DNA of 61,924 nucleotides, filler included, from Globobulimina sp. (Eukaryota): NCBI GenBank assembly GCA_003354225.1. It is 22 parts of 22 records of this genome, joined end to end, with 100 filler letters (N's around TTAATTAATTAA, not from the genome) between each part and the next. Parts side by side here need not be neighbours in the genome. Positions count along the whole stretch, not along the records: positions 47,938 to 50,655 come from PIVH01005210.1; positions 50,756 to 53,473 come from PIVH01005211.1; positions 53,574 to 56,290 come from PIVH01005212.1; positions 56,391 to 59,107 come from PIVH01005213.1; positions 59,208 to 61,924 come from PIVH01005214.1; 17 more parts are not named here. One strand, 5' to 3'. Shown piece by piece: positions 47,938 to 60,660 of this stretch (position 1 is its first letter; each line of letters starts with the position of its first letter). The notes under the pieces were generated by a model. It saw only the letters and a program-made list of their open reading frames with translations, ran no database searches and was not told where the DNA came from. The position numbers and the translations under genes were made by a program.

Positions 47938-50123
47938 ACAGTCTCACCCTCATCACCTTTAATAGCGGCATCATATTTCGATAAACAATGAAAGAAATCC
48001 GCATAATTATGCCATGTCTGAGTCAGTAATATCGATTTGATCTCAATTGGCCACTGTCCACCGATGAATAGACACTCTGACTCAGATTTGTAACGAGAGA
48101 GCCAGGCCACGCTAAATACGCGCAACAGCCTCACAGCGAGACAACTGACATTATCCAGTTCCAGTATGATACCATTACCAGCCGCAAAATTAGCAGCAGT
48201 GCAAATTTGTGTGGTGGTGGATGTCGGCCCACATAATCTAATCATAAATGAAGGCACTTCCATCACCATACTCATGCCACAGAAGAATGGTCCTTTTATT
48301 CTGTCGCCGTCACTGTTTTCCCAGTTGTTACTACCAAAACAATTCACTGCTTCAATGAGTAGCTTACTCAGCCACCAATAGCTTCTATTCCTTTCTTTTA
48401 CGCTTTGCAGTGTTTCACTCCCTGTGATTCTGCGGAATGTTTTACTGAATGCGGTGGATAACTCACTGCAATCTGTGTAAAATGATAAACTGTGGAGGTG
48501 CAGCTTTGTGATTGCTGCGTGATGGCTGATATCAAAATATTTAATGTCGTCCCAATCCAATTCATCATCTTCGAATTTCATTTGTTTGACCATGCGTGTC
48601 TTCATATATTCGTTTGTTTTCATAATAACAGAGTTATATTCATCAATATCAATGTTATTCACTTCGTAATTACTTAACATTTCTTCTTTTAAATTGCAAT
48701 ATTTTGCTGTTTTGATGAACAGTTCAAATGGCGAATAGCCGCCATATTCATTTCGATTCTGCTCATTCTGCACTCGGCGCCGTACCGATGCGTCACCAAA
48801 ATGCGGCCAATAAAAGAATGAGAAGCCAGTACTAAAAAATGCTTTGTGCTGCAATATATGTTGTTGTATATATCCAAAAATCGAATGAGATAATGCTGGA
48901 CAGCTTGTCACTGATTGGGAGCTTAAGATGTTTGACAGTTTTGGCTGTTGATTGAAATCTTGCATTAAAGCATCACTATCAAATTCTTGCTCAGATATAT
49001 AATGTTTAAAATCATTGATATGAATATGTTGATCATTGGAAATTATTGTATTGGAAATATGCTGATACAGAGTATCTAAATCAATTCTGTTATTATTATT
49101 ATTTATTACCATCTCGATATTAAATTTATTTGTTTGCGGTTCAAACCGCGTAGAAAACCTCGGGAATTGTTTCCTTTTCGACTCAATACAAAATCGTTGC
49201 TTTTTTAAGTCTCTATCAAAACAATGCCAGTTATCATCTTGTTTTGTTTCGAATTCTTCTTCTTCGTATCCCTCTGCTTGTAATTGCTTGGTTGTTTGTC
49301 GCAGTCCCAATTCAAACAAATGAAATAAATAAAAATGCAATGTATCAAATATTTGTTGATGAAAGCATTGAAACGCAGAGCCAGACACATCACTGATACC
49401 GCAATGTCTATCACTCGCTAAGCATTTATCGACATCACACTCAATGAATTGTGAATGATCGCATAATATTTCATAAACTGAGTCTAAATCGCCATCGTGC
49501 ACCGTGCTTAGATGGATGTTATCATTTAAATAATTTGCGTATGTCTCCGCTACAAAATCACTAAATATGGATATGCCGCCACCACTGAGGTGGTCTCGTT
49601 TAGTTAACACATTGTAATATAATAATGCTGTAATAAGTCGTTTGATGGCCGCACATTCAGTCACATTGCCATTGCATTCTTCGGTTTCTTCAAAGTTGCA
49701 GTTATCGAATATGCTGAATCCTTCTGCTGTCGTTTTATTATTAGTTGCATTTCCATTGACATTGCTAATATTAATTGTAGCCTTTTTGCGTCGTGTTACC
49801 GTCGTTATTTTTACGTAGCTATAGTCCACACCAAATAACGTATTTTTATTCAATACCCACTCTTCTTTGTATATCTTCTCGTCGTCTTTATCATCGTCCT
49901 CATCTTCATCAATATGCGGTGTCTGTTTAGTTATATTGCCGTTGGGAGTGGTGTCTGTTTGGTGACTTTGCTTCTTTAATGCAAAAAGAACTGCCTTCTG
50001 AACATCTGTCGGATATTTTTGTGCTGCTTTCATGGCGAGTTCTTCGGCAATATCCATGCATATCAATTTTTGGTAAACATTTAGATATTCAAAATGGCGA
50101 TTTTTGGTTTCGGAGTTGCCCAT
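47938..50123 (-). CDS. Myristoylation-motif, UBA-like protein with a C-terminal ADP-ribosyltransferase-like domain, 3' partial
   Basis: MGNSET start; UBA-like LICMDIAEELAMKAAQKYPTDVQKAV; C-terminal FYT..FR / FFCG / PTSTT / AANF / SRYKSESECLF. Confidence 0.7.
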
Positions 50124-50755
50124 TTTGTTTCAGCAAGCGAGCTAAAAGATTTTCAAAAATTCACTACTAATCGGAAGGCCCACCATTTATTAAATATATT
50201 ATCCTAAGTCATATATATTGTTAGGATCATATGTGTAGTTCTTATCGGGAACATTATTGTACGCGATTCCACAATAATTCTTTTCATCAATGCATTATTT
50301 GCATGTGCTTTTTAAACATTATTTGCTTTATTACATTTACGAAACAAACACAGCGGAATGTCAATCGCTGCATAAAAATAATTCAACTCTGTGCCGCATA
50401 GGTCACATAAATATTTATCAAATGAGATATATCGTTTAAGACATCCAAGAGTGAATGCAGAATGCTGTTCAGAGTGGGGATTTTTACTAACTGTTTTAAT
50501 CGGAAATGTCATCAAACATGGCACTTACAGTAAAAGACGAAAAAGCAAATGAGATAAATTTTAAAGAAGACGAATTCGAAATTAATATAAATTTATTTAA
50601 ACAAACTGAAATGAATTGTAATCAAACAACAACTGACAATAATAATATTATCCATNNNNNNNNNNNNNNNNNNNNNNNNNNNNNNNNNNNNNNNNNNNNT
50701 TAATTAATTAANNNNNNNNNNNNNNNNNNNNNNNNNNNNNNNNNNNNNNNNNNNN

Positions 50756-51209
50756 CAGTTTGCTGTGAATTAATGGACCTATACAAAAATCAATATCTGT
50801 TTCTGTTTGGTTGAAATTGGATGACACACATTCTTGTGTTTGATTTTGATCTGATGTATAATTTAGAATTAAGCCATAAAATGTTAATAATGCCGGCGGT
50901 AATTTCCGTATTATGTAATCTGGTAAATATCCACTGTCAAGTAATAGGGCTTTGGAAGTTGCAGTACAAAGGAAGTCTGGATCTGTTTCATTGATAAGAC
51001 GTATCATATGATATACGACACATTCCATAGATAATATTCTGCGGTAATATTTAATCTATTTCCCATTGCTGTTTCTAAAAATCCAACAACTACAGGTGCT
51101 ACAGTAAGGGCCGGTGTTGTGGTATTTTCGTCATTTTGCGCATTCAGATGGATAATAAATATTATCACAATCAGTAGTACTTGGCGTATGCCGGTAAGAA
51201 TTGCCATGA
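50756..51209 (-). CDS. Secreted hypothetical protein fragment, frame-disrupted
   Basis: Signal peptide MAILTGIRQVLLIVIIFIIHLNA; continues in a second frame. Confidence 0.4.
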
Positions 51210-51363
51210 GTCTGACTAACAACGTTTTGGGTCAGATGGGAAACTGAGATAAAATTGTAACATATTAACAAAATGAAACACTTTTTAGGTAATTCGTTGA
51301 TGATTTAATATTTACTATAATTACCAGGACCACATTGCCGTAAAACAAACACATGCAATTGCG

Positions 51364-52800
51364 TCATTTCTCTGACTCTTTTGTTTCAACATATTCCCTA
51401 AATTTATATTTATACATCGATGATATTAATTGATAAATACTGATGATGGCCTCGTCAAATAAATATAAAAAATCGTCAAATGATTTAAATTTGTTGATGC
51501 TATCATTCTTTTCTAATACCACTGTTAAACCGCTTCTTATTGAAAAAGGTAAATTAATTTCATTGTTTGCCCCATTCATTATAAATTCTTCAAATATCTG
51601 ACGTTGAATCTGCCATAATCTTAACCGGATATCCTCAAATCGCAACTCCTCCGCATTAACATCGCCTATTTCTGCTTCATATTGACAATAAATTAAGGGC
51701 AAAAATTCAAATTTATTGCGATGTTGAATAAGACCAATATCAGTTTCCTGCATTGCATTACATATATTTTTATATTTTATCACAATTTGATACCATATTG
51801 ACACTTTTTCATAAAACAATAGATTTTCCAAAGCCCAACAATGCGACAAATATTTCTTTAATAACTGATAATTTTCATATTGCTCAATAAATACAAATAA
51901 GGGATCTTCATAATGTATGACTGTCGCTTGTCTTTTCCGCACATTGTCAATTTTCAAAGTTCCTTCCACATTTTTCACATAATACAATGCGAAGAACAAC
52001 GGAATCAATCCCAAAACAAAAGAATCTAAATGCAATATCATAGCAGCAATCAGCGCCATTATATCAGAAATAAAAGTTAATGGAACTATACACATTACAA
52101 AAACAGCCATCAACAGCAAAACAATCGTCTCTTTCAAACAGCCAATGCCTTCATTCACTTTCTTAAAAACAATGATTAATATCAAAATTATAGAAACGAT
52201 GATTTGCAAAGTCCAAATAATTGACATTGTAATCGCATCTTTGTCCGATTCAAAGGCACCGATAGTTATTGTCATGTAAATAAACGAAAATATAGCCGAT
52301 GTTAATATAAATAGACAAGACCAATGATAGAAAATATTCTTCTTTTTATTTTTGTATACCGCAGTATTTGCAGGATCTGATGATGGCGATGCCGATGGCG
52401 ATGGAATGCTGATTGACTGCAATTGGAACACCATATTTCTTTCCAAAGTAGTACCAGAATTTGCGGTATTTCTTTTCCAACGTAAATATATTAAACATAA
52501 TCGCAAATTAATTAAACCATAAACCAGCAATGCGACATTATCCCCTATGGATTGTATACGATTTGATGTGAGATAATTAGTCCACGACGTAGCGGTATTC
52601 CATGCACCGGCAATAAATACCATTAATACTATGGTTGCTGATATGGTAGGAAATCTTTTGCGAATAAGGAGATGTTCTCTGAGTTGCCAGAATTTAGCAG
52701 CACCATATAAATATAAAGGAAGGGTTACTACGAATACTGTACTGTCAAAGATGCATATTGCCAATTGATTTCTGTCCAAACTGTTTCGAAGCTCTGCCAA
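51364..52800 (-). CDS. 7TM-RGS protein
   Basis: About 7 TM helices (KRFP after TM1), then an RGS box: YLSHCWALENLLFYE..IFEEFI..NEINLPFSIR..LFDEA. Confidence 0.85.
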   Translation of the reverse strand: MAELRNSLDRNQLAICIFDSTVFVVTLPLYLYGAAKFWQLREHLLIRKRFPTISATIVLMVFIAGAWNTATSWTNYLTSNRIQSIGDNVALLVYGLINLRLCLIYLRWKRNTANSGTTLERNMVFQLQSISIPSPSASPSSDPANTAVYKNKKKNIFYHWSCLFILTSAIFSFIYMTITIGAFESDKDAITMSIIWTLQIIVSIILILIIVFKKVNEGIGCLKETIVLLLMAVFVMCIVPLTFISDIMALIAAMILHLDSFVLGLIPLFFALYYVKNVEGTLKIDNVRKRQATVIHYEDPLFVFIEQYENYQLLKKYLSHCWALENLLFYEKVSIWYQIVIKYKNICNAMQETDIGLIQHRNKFEFLPLIYCQYEAEIGDVNAEELRFEDIRLRLWQIQRQIFEEFIMNGANNEINLPFSIRSGLTVVLEKNDSINKFKSFDDFLYLFDEAIISIYQLISSMYKYKFREYVETKESEK

Positions 52801-52947
52801 TATTGTTTGTCAACTTGCTGTCAGCTGCCAATATACATCAGCTGCCAATTTCGCAAATTTAATAATTATGAAACAAATTTAGCATTATCAAGCTAATATT
52901 ATTACTCAGCACGGAATATATCTGATTATTCTGATAATCACCAAACT

Positions 52948-53473
52948 ATGGATATCACTATTTTACCAAAAGAATTATTAACAACATGCTGTCATTACTT
53001 GAATGAAAAAGACATTTTTAAATTTTCAACAGTAAATAAATATTTTAATACAATAGGAATGGATCAAAATGCAATGAGTCAACTCAGATTAGCTCCATGT
53101 CTACCATTCGAATTCGCCCGTTTGATGGTAAAAATTAATAAAAGTCGTTACAGTAAGATCAAGGGATTATGTTTAATCCCTGGTGTACCAACAGGTTTAC
53201 GCATGGGGATGGTGAACCAATTTGAAATTGACATGTTGCAAAGTCGTGGACTAACTCTCCCACTCCAAACGTCAAAAAACTTAAAGTGTTTGACTGTAAG
53301 CCAACGCTTTCAAACATGCACTCATGTCATTAAGCATCAGTTTGAAAATCTGTCTGCAATGTCATTACATTACATAGATTCAAACATAGTGTTCACCAAA
53401 ATTGGCACTATTTTTGCGGAACATAGTTGCGGAGTTTTTGCTATGTTTTATGGAACAATCATTGCGGAAAAGT
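52948..53473 (+). CDS. F-box/LRR-like protein, 3' partial
   Basis: N-terminal LPKELL..CCHYLNEKDIFKFSTVNKYF F-box pattern. Confidence 0.6.
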
Positions 53474-54739
53474 NNNNNNNNNNNNNNNNNNNNNNNNNNN
53501 NNNNNNNNNNNNNNNNNTTAATTAATTAANNNNNNNNNNNNNNNNNNNNNNNNNNNNNNNNNNNNNNNNNNNNGCAATTTATAATTGTAAATCCGATGAA
53601 TTCCATACAAACATTTATTAATACAAATAAACAAAGATTTGGTGTAAAAGGTTGGGCTGTGAATAAAATGGAATATAGTCATCCACGACGAAAAGGTAAA
53701 TGTTCAGATACATTATCAATATATAAATTAAATTAAATTAAAATAACTTTCCTAATATTATTGTGTAATTAGTATTCATTTTATTTTATGTTTTTTTTGT
53801 GTGTTTTCAATTCGTGTTTGTGCGATCTGTGTAATATTTTTGATTGATTGTGTTTCTCCTTTTTCTTTGTTTGTTGTAATATAAACCTATTTTGTTGCTT
53901 TTTTTTGTGTGCATATTTTCTCCATTCGATGTGTTTAATTACGTTTGTATTTGTTTTAAATTATGTTTGTTGTATTATAATTCCTCTTTATCTTTTAGTA
54001 ATTTTGTATATTCAGATTGTACTGTTTTTGCCTCTCCGATAGGTCTTCAATGATCGAATGCTTTCCTTTTACATATTTATTGTGCTTCTCTTGACACGCA
54101 TTGTTTTTTTTAGGCAGAGATGGATGCTATGATATGTATATGAAGGATGTTATTAATCGGAGAGGATTACACCACATCAAGTGCGTATGCTCACTGTTCT
54201 GCGACGTCTTTGTTAGTTAGATTGTAATCAGCATTGCATTTGGATTGTTTATGGTGGTTCAGATATAAACAAATATATATATTCAGCACACAACTCACCA
54301 GAATTATGTACGTCAGATATTTGGTGATCGATATGGAGTATGGCGGGGCTTATTATTCATTCTAGATGTAAGCAGTGCAGAAATATTTTATGATGGCCAT
54401 GTTAGTGGATTGTATTGCAGTTTGTATGTGGCATCAGACTCTGATATTTTGTGCACTTTTTGGATGTTTGAAGGAGAATGTTTGGAGTGCGGATTGTGAG
54501 CCATATTCTGTAGATATGCTTTGAATGTGTTTTTATTAATATGTTTGAATGTGACTTATCCGCAATGACACAAATCCACAATAACAAAACAAGAAAAAGA
54601 GAAAATGTGTTGCTCCAAAAAACGTCTGTTCCAATCAAAACACCAAACAAAAAACCCAACCCTCTAAAATACCCAACCTTCACTTTCCATCCTCGCACAC
54701 ACTTTGTCCAGCAGACAAGTCTTCGTCGCCCCAAGCAAT

Positions 54740-55983
54740 ATGTTAGCCTTTTTCTTGGCATTGACATTATTCTATGTCGCAAAGGCAGTGGAAACCCAAT
54801 TAGGCGGAATCTGTGCCAATATGACCAATCCAATGTGCATTCGCTTAGCCAAAGAGCTTTACAATTATACCGTGGAAGACATCGATGTACGAATGCACGT
54901 TCTCCACGCTTTGATGACAGGTACCAGCTCCAAATTAAATATATCTGCAACTTCCTTGTAACCGTTTCTATGCGAATCTGCGTACAAAAAAACACAATTA
55001 AAAAAAACAAAGAGGAGCGACTTTCCTGTAAAATTGCTGGTGAATGTCCCACCGAACTCAAATCGGTCAGTGCCTTCACAGAATGTGTCAACGGCAACGC
55101 CGGCGGCTGGGAGTGCAGCAACATTAATTTGCACGCATTTGTGTCATTATCCGCATTGGGTTCCGGCAGCAGCGCCGATGGCAACGACATTTGGGGCTAC
55201 ACCGATGCCGCGGGCCGAGATTATGCGATAACGGGGCAAACGGACGGCGCCTCCATTGTGGACGTGAGCAGCCCGTCGAGTCCGATCGTTTTATGCTTCA
55301 TCCCGTCGCACATCACGACGCAAACCATCTGGCGGGACATCAAAGTGGTGAATGGCTTCGCGTACATCGTGGCGGACCGCAGCGGCCAAGGTTTGCAGTG
55401 GATCGATTTGGACGGCGCCATCGCGCAGTGCCGGGGCAGCACGTCGCGGCCATTGCGTTTGGTGGAGGGCTCGGATTATGGTTGGAGCGGCTCCATCTTT
55501 GACAGCAGCGCCACGACCTACACCAACACGCACAACATCGTGGCCAACGAGGCGGAGCAAGAGGTTTATATCGTGGGCTCCCGCTCGTGTTCGGGCGGCC
55601 TGTTGGCGGTGGACACGTCGGCGGTGAGTGGCGTGAATACGGCGCCGGTCCGGGCCGGCTGCTATGCGTCGGACGGCTATACGCACGACGCGGAGTGCGT
55701 CGATTACCACGGACCGGATACGCGGTTTACTGGCCGCAACATTTGCTTTGGCTACAACGAGAACAGCATCACCATCGTCGACATGTCTTCGCCGGGCAGC
55801 GGGGCCATGCTGTCGAGGACCACCTATTCTGGCTCGCGGTACACGCATCAAGGATGGATCACCGATGACCACGAATTCTTACTCATGAACGACGAGTTGG
55901 ACGAGTCGGGCGGCACCGTGCCGTCGCAGACCACGTACATCATCGACGTGACCTCGTTGACGGCGCCTTCGTTGGTCCAAAAC
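54740..55983 (+). CDS. Secreted choice-of-anchor B family protein, spliced, C-terminus missing
   Basis: Signal peptide; intron 54921-55012; C.NG.AGG..C.N, GNDIWG, IWRDIKV, HNIV.NE, DGYTHDAECV.Y.GPD, YTHQGW, DELDE. Confidence 0.85.
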
Positions 55984-56397
55984 GTATCAACCGGCAATGA
56001 ACTATGCGGCTCGAATAAGCATCAAATATGTATATAATAAGGAATTTAGTCGACGTCTCATCGTCATCGCTTAGCTCAAGAAGAGCACTGTAATGAATTG
56101 ATGGGATGGATATGTCCAGAAGATTCAGGTTCAAATCCTGAGGCGATCCCAAACGAAACAAAAATGAATTAATTGATATTGAGAATGAAATTAAAAATGG
56201 GATGTATTTGGTGGTAATAAGAGTATTTGAATGGATTAAATATTAGTTGGATTGAATTAAATTGAGTGGATTGGATTGGATTGGATTGAANNNNNNNNNN
56301 NNNNNNNNNNNNNNNNNNNNNNNNNNNNNNNNNNTTAATTAATTAANNNNNNNNNNNNNNNNNNNNNNNNNNNNNNNNNNNNNNNNNNNNCTAGGCA

Positions 56398-57395
56398 ATG
56401 GGAAACACGCAATCCAATCATTATACCAATGTCAATTATATGAAAGAAAAAAAAGAATGCAGTGAACAAATGTCAATTGATTTATCTTCATCAACCGAGC
56501 CAATTGCTGAGTGTCCAGTGCCTGTTTTGTTGGAATTACCAGACTCAAATCAAGATACCTCTTTGCCATTTATTCCCTCATCGCCTACCATTATATTTGA
56601 AAACGTAATTCGAAGAACTTATGGGGATTGACAGCAGTCACAGTCTCCGCTTTGGGAATAACACAATATGGATTAGGTGGTAGTTTTGCAAACACAAAGT
56701 CATACTCATACTCATTTCAATATATCTTGCTTTTTATGGGCGGTTTGTTTCTGTTGTTGACATTAAAATTAATCCAAACCACAATTAAAGCATTTCCAAC
56801 AAGAGCTTTGAGCAATTTCTTGCTTTTATTGAGTACGGTGGCGATCCCATTGAACGAAATTGATTCATCAGCAATTGGCAATAATATTGCAGGTATTATG
56901 AATGGTGTTGTGATCGTATACCATATATTAACACTCATCTTTCATATTACACCGCATACTTTGCATCGTCATATATTTTTTGTGTATCGTTTTTGTACAG
57001 TTTGTGCATTTTGTGACAGATATTTAAGACCCTTTCAAATGTACCATTTCATACATCATATTCGAAGGAATCCATCAATTAAATATGTCAAAGTATTATC
57101 TCATGATATTGCAACTACAAAAAGTCAAATATATTTTGATGGAAATGCTACTCCGTTGGAGGATTACAAAGTGGCTCAGTTAGTAATGATAGCCCGATTT
57201 GTATCCACTGGACAACAAAATGCAATGACATTTAATACAGAACATCCACAATTATTTACACATCAAAAAATGGTACAACGATTTATATTTGAATGGCAAT
57301 CACCAATATATTGTTTATGTTCAGTTCCTACCACATTGGCATGCATACGATGTTGTGAAATTTGTTATCAGTTTTATAATATGCTATTTCCATAA
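56398..57395 (+). CDS. Hypothetical membrane protein with an MGN start, frame-disrupted or spliced
   Basis: Two abutting ORFs; MGNTQS myristoylation-like start; several TM helices. Confidence 0.4.
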
Positions 57396-57429
57396 ATATT
57401 ATTTTTTCTTTGTTTTGTTTTTTACATGA

Positions 57430-58024
57430 ATTTGAGAAACCAATTTTTCTGTGTTTTTCGAAGGTATGATTTATGTTTCTACCATATTTATTATGAAGAA
57501 CAGTATATATGCAACACTCACTGAACACATGCAGAGAAGGTACTGAACTTGAATTGTATACAAAATAATATTTTATGTGAGATCCTAGTTTTAAAGATTT
57601 TCTTGAAGTGAGCTCGGTACCTTCTCGGAATAAATATAAAGTGTGAAGACATATGGCGCGTTGCTTTAATACAGGTGTATAGCTCCGCTATCTCCAGTAT
57701 ACAATTAAAGTCTGAATTTGTGTATACAGTCTTATTTGTATATGTTGATGTGCCAAACAAATGATGTGCTTAAACTTGGAATTTGAAACTTGTTTCAAAT
57801 TCACTACAATTGGCAAACGCAGGTCGCACGTCTACTAATATACAAACGAGACTGTATACACAAATTCAGACTTTAATTGTATACTGGAGATAGCGGACAG
57901 CTACACCCGAATTAAAACAACGCGCCATATGCATGTGGCAGAAACCATCAGAAACAAAACAAACAACCATGTAAACATAAACCACAACCTTCGAAAAACA
58001 CAGAAAAAAAAGGGTTTCTCAAAT
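57430..58024. mobile_element. Nested inverted-repeat (foldback/MITE-like) element
   Basis: Outer IR at about 57430-57480 / 57970-58024; inner IR at 57650-57732 / 57849-57931; central palindrome at 57779-57802. Confidence 0.75.
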
Positions 58025-58232
58025 ACATTAAACAACAAAACGAAAAGAAAATTCAGTCAAAGAATCAAAAACAAGCATTATGTATACTAACAAAATAAGT
58101 TAAATAACACAGCATTATGTATAACAAACTCAAATACATGAATAACATAAATGATATCCTGATATATATAAAAACGAACAAAACGAGAGAGAAATATGAT
58201 CAAAATATCCAATCCAGCATTAATTTATAAAT

Positions 58233-59107
58233 TTAGTTTGCATCAAAACATCCTTGCTCTTCCATCACCGTTTTCAAACAACTCATTAAATCCTTTGAAG
58301 CTGATTCATTGTAACAATTTTTATCAACATTAACAGTCACAATCACCTTACCATTGAACGTAAATACAACAAATCCTAATCCGACATTGATTGGTGGCGG
58401 GACAATGCCAATGGCATCAGTTACTTTTGCGCCACACATAAAAATATCCATTGCTGCGCCTCTAACATTCGACGAAACCAATGTTAGACCGCCGCTCATT
58501 TTGGGTCCAATAACATCCGCCAACCATTTCGGTAAAATTGATAACAATTTTATGCCATAAAAACTTATACAGTATACAAACAATAATAAAATATTCAGCA
58601 TTTCCAGATCATTTTCCAGATCATATCTGAAATATTTTATTATTTTCGTCTCTGCAAAATACCTTAATTTGGCTTCAGGTGTTTTCTTTACAAAATCCAA
58701 TTCATTTTTAATCAGTTTTAGCCTTTGCATAAATTTTAATTTCTTCGAGATTGGCAATTTTATTATATACGATCCAATTTTATTTCCCAACATTGTATCA
58801 TTTAATTTAACATTTCTATCACGAACATTCACGGGAATGGCTAAATGAATATTATCAGGAATACATTCTTTATTTTTATCTAAATATATCATGATTGTTT
58901 CGGCAATAACAGCTAACATATAATCATTGAATGTTGGTTTCCTGTTTCCAATGCAAAGTGATTTTCGTTTCTTATTAATTTTATCAAACGAGAGTCCCTC
59001 TGAAATAGACCTTTGGAATTTATCCGGTCGAATTCGCCTTGAGTTCGAGTGCTTGAAACCTATGGTGGAGTGTATATGATCTCTAAAGGGGTTTGTATGC
59101 AAATATA
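58233..59107 (-). CDS. Wax ester synthase/DGAT (WS/DGAT) C-terminal region, spliced, 5' partial
   Basis: TFNDYMLA, AIPVNVR, LGNK, SSNVRG motifs. Confidence 0.85.
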
Positions 59108-60660
59108 NNNNNNNNNNNNNNNNNNNNNNNNNNNNNNNNNNNNNNNNNNNNTTAATTAATTAANNNNNNNNNNNNNNNNNNNNNNNNNNNNNNNNNNNNN
59201 NNNNNNNTCATATAAATAGCTATATAAATATGTTTGTGTCATTTATATGCTATTTATACAGCTTATAAATATAGCGGTTTCGTCATTTAGGGGGGTCCAT
59301 TTATAAGAAAATTTTCATTTACATACTATTTATAAGAAAATGTCATTAAAAAATTTCATTTATATATGAAAAACCCATTTATAAACATATTTACATGAAG
59401 TATTCCAAGAATAGTTCAATTATACAATTGATTGGATAATGAAGAACTGCAGTTTTTTTGAAATAATGACCACATTTCCGAAATAACAAAGAAAAATAAC
59501 AAAAAATCCATAACGAAATGTAGCCAGTTCTCGGCAAATCATTCTCATGTAGTTGCTCTTACTATGCTTTAAGAAGAAAAGTTTTTGAAGAATGTTTCGC
59601 AAACATCAACTCGCGACAATCCCCGAACATCCTTATTCTACACAATACAAATACAATTTCCCAATACCACCCATCCAAATGCAACATTTAACAGAAGAAG
59701 AAATCAATAACGAAATCAATGTAATTAGCCTAGTATTACTTTTTAATGGTCGAATACGTGATTCATTCCCTACATTCATAGCAGCAAATGTTTTGAAAGA
59801 ATATTGTAGAGGGCAAATGTTTACATCATTACCACACGATTTTTTTGCACATTCCTTGGAAAAATTATTCGCAGTAAGATTCAAACAATCATATTATACT
59901 ACACATAGTGACAAGAGTTAACGGATTTAATCGATTTGTATGTATTATATTTATATAATATGTTGTTATTTGCCATTAATTACCTTTGGTTCCATGCATA
60001 TGCAGCAACAGATGAAAACAAAGGAGATATTTGGGCTTGGATCGGATCCGGATGAGAGAGGCAAATGTTTGATACGGGATGAACAATTATTAAATCAACA
60101 AGTATTAGTAAATGCTTATTGTCGTCGTCGAGTTACAAAAATTAATTGGCGCATTTTTTGCATACCCAAGATTTAAAATTGCTAAATGTCCAAAATTTAA
60201 ACCGGCATGGAATGCTTTTATGGACGGATTTGATAAAGAATATGCAATTTCGTGGAAGCAATTATCAGAATCAACAATTGAGGAATTTTTCATGAATGAT
60301 CTTTTGCAATGATATTAAAGCAGTGATTTATTTTGATCTCTATGATCAACCTCGTAGGCAAAGCTGAGCGGTTCCAACAAAATTGTAACTGTTGATGATC
60401 TACGACCGTGTAACATTTCATATACTCAGCATGTTTCACAATGAATCATGTTTTGTTATCTCTAATGCATATTAATTATATTATATTATTATCCTTGCGC
60501 TTGTACGATTTCATTTGATGAGTATATTAACGATGCTCTCATACTACACTCATACTACTTCTTCAGAATCTGTATACAATAAAAAAATCACGATGTTGCC
60601 ATTGGTCACTACTAATAACAGTTCTAGTCACTACTCGAGTCGCATCCAATACAGATTTAT

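Noticed and set aside
54402-55888. Many overlapping ORFs suggesting overprinted genes
   Set aside because: Expected stop-poor shadow frames of one GC-rich exon.
56265-56290. TTGGA repeats as a telomere
   Set aside because: Only about four copies within a degenerate tract; insufficient evidence.
59208-60312. Possible transposon end and transposase remnants
   Set aside because: AT-rich short inverted motifs and fragmented ORFs, but no recognisable catalytic motif.
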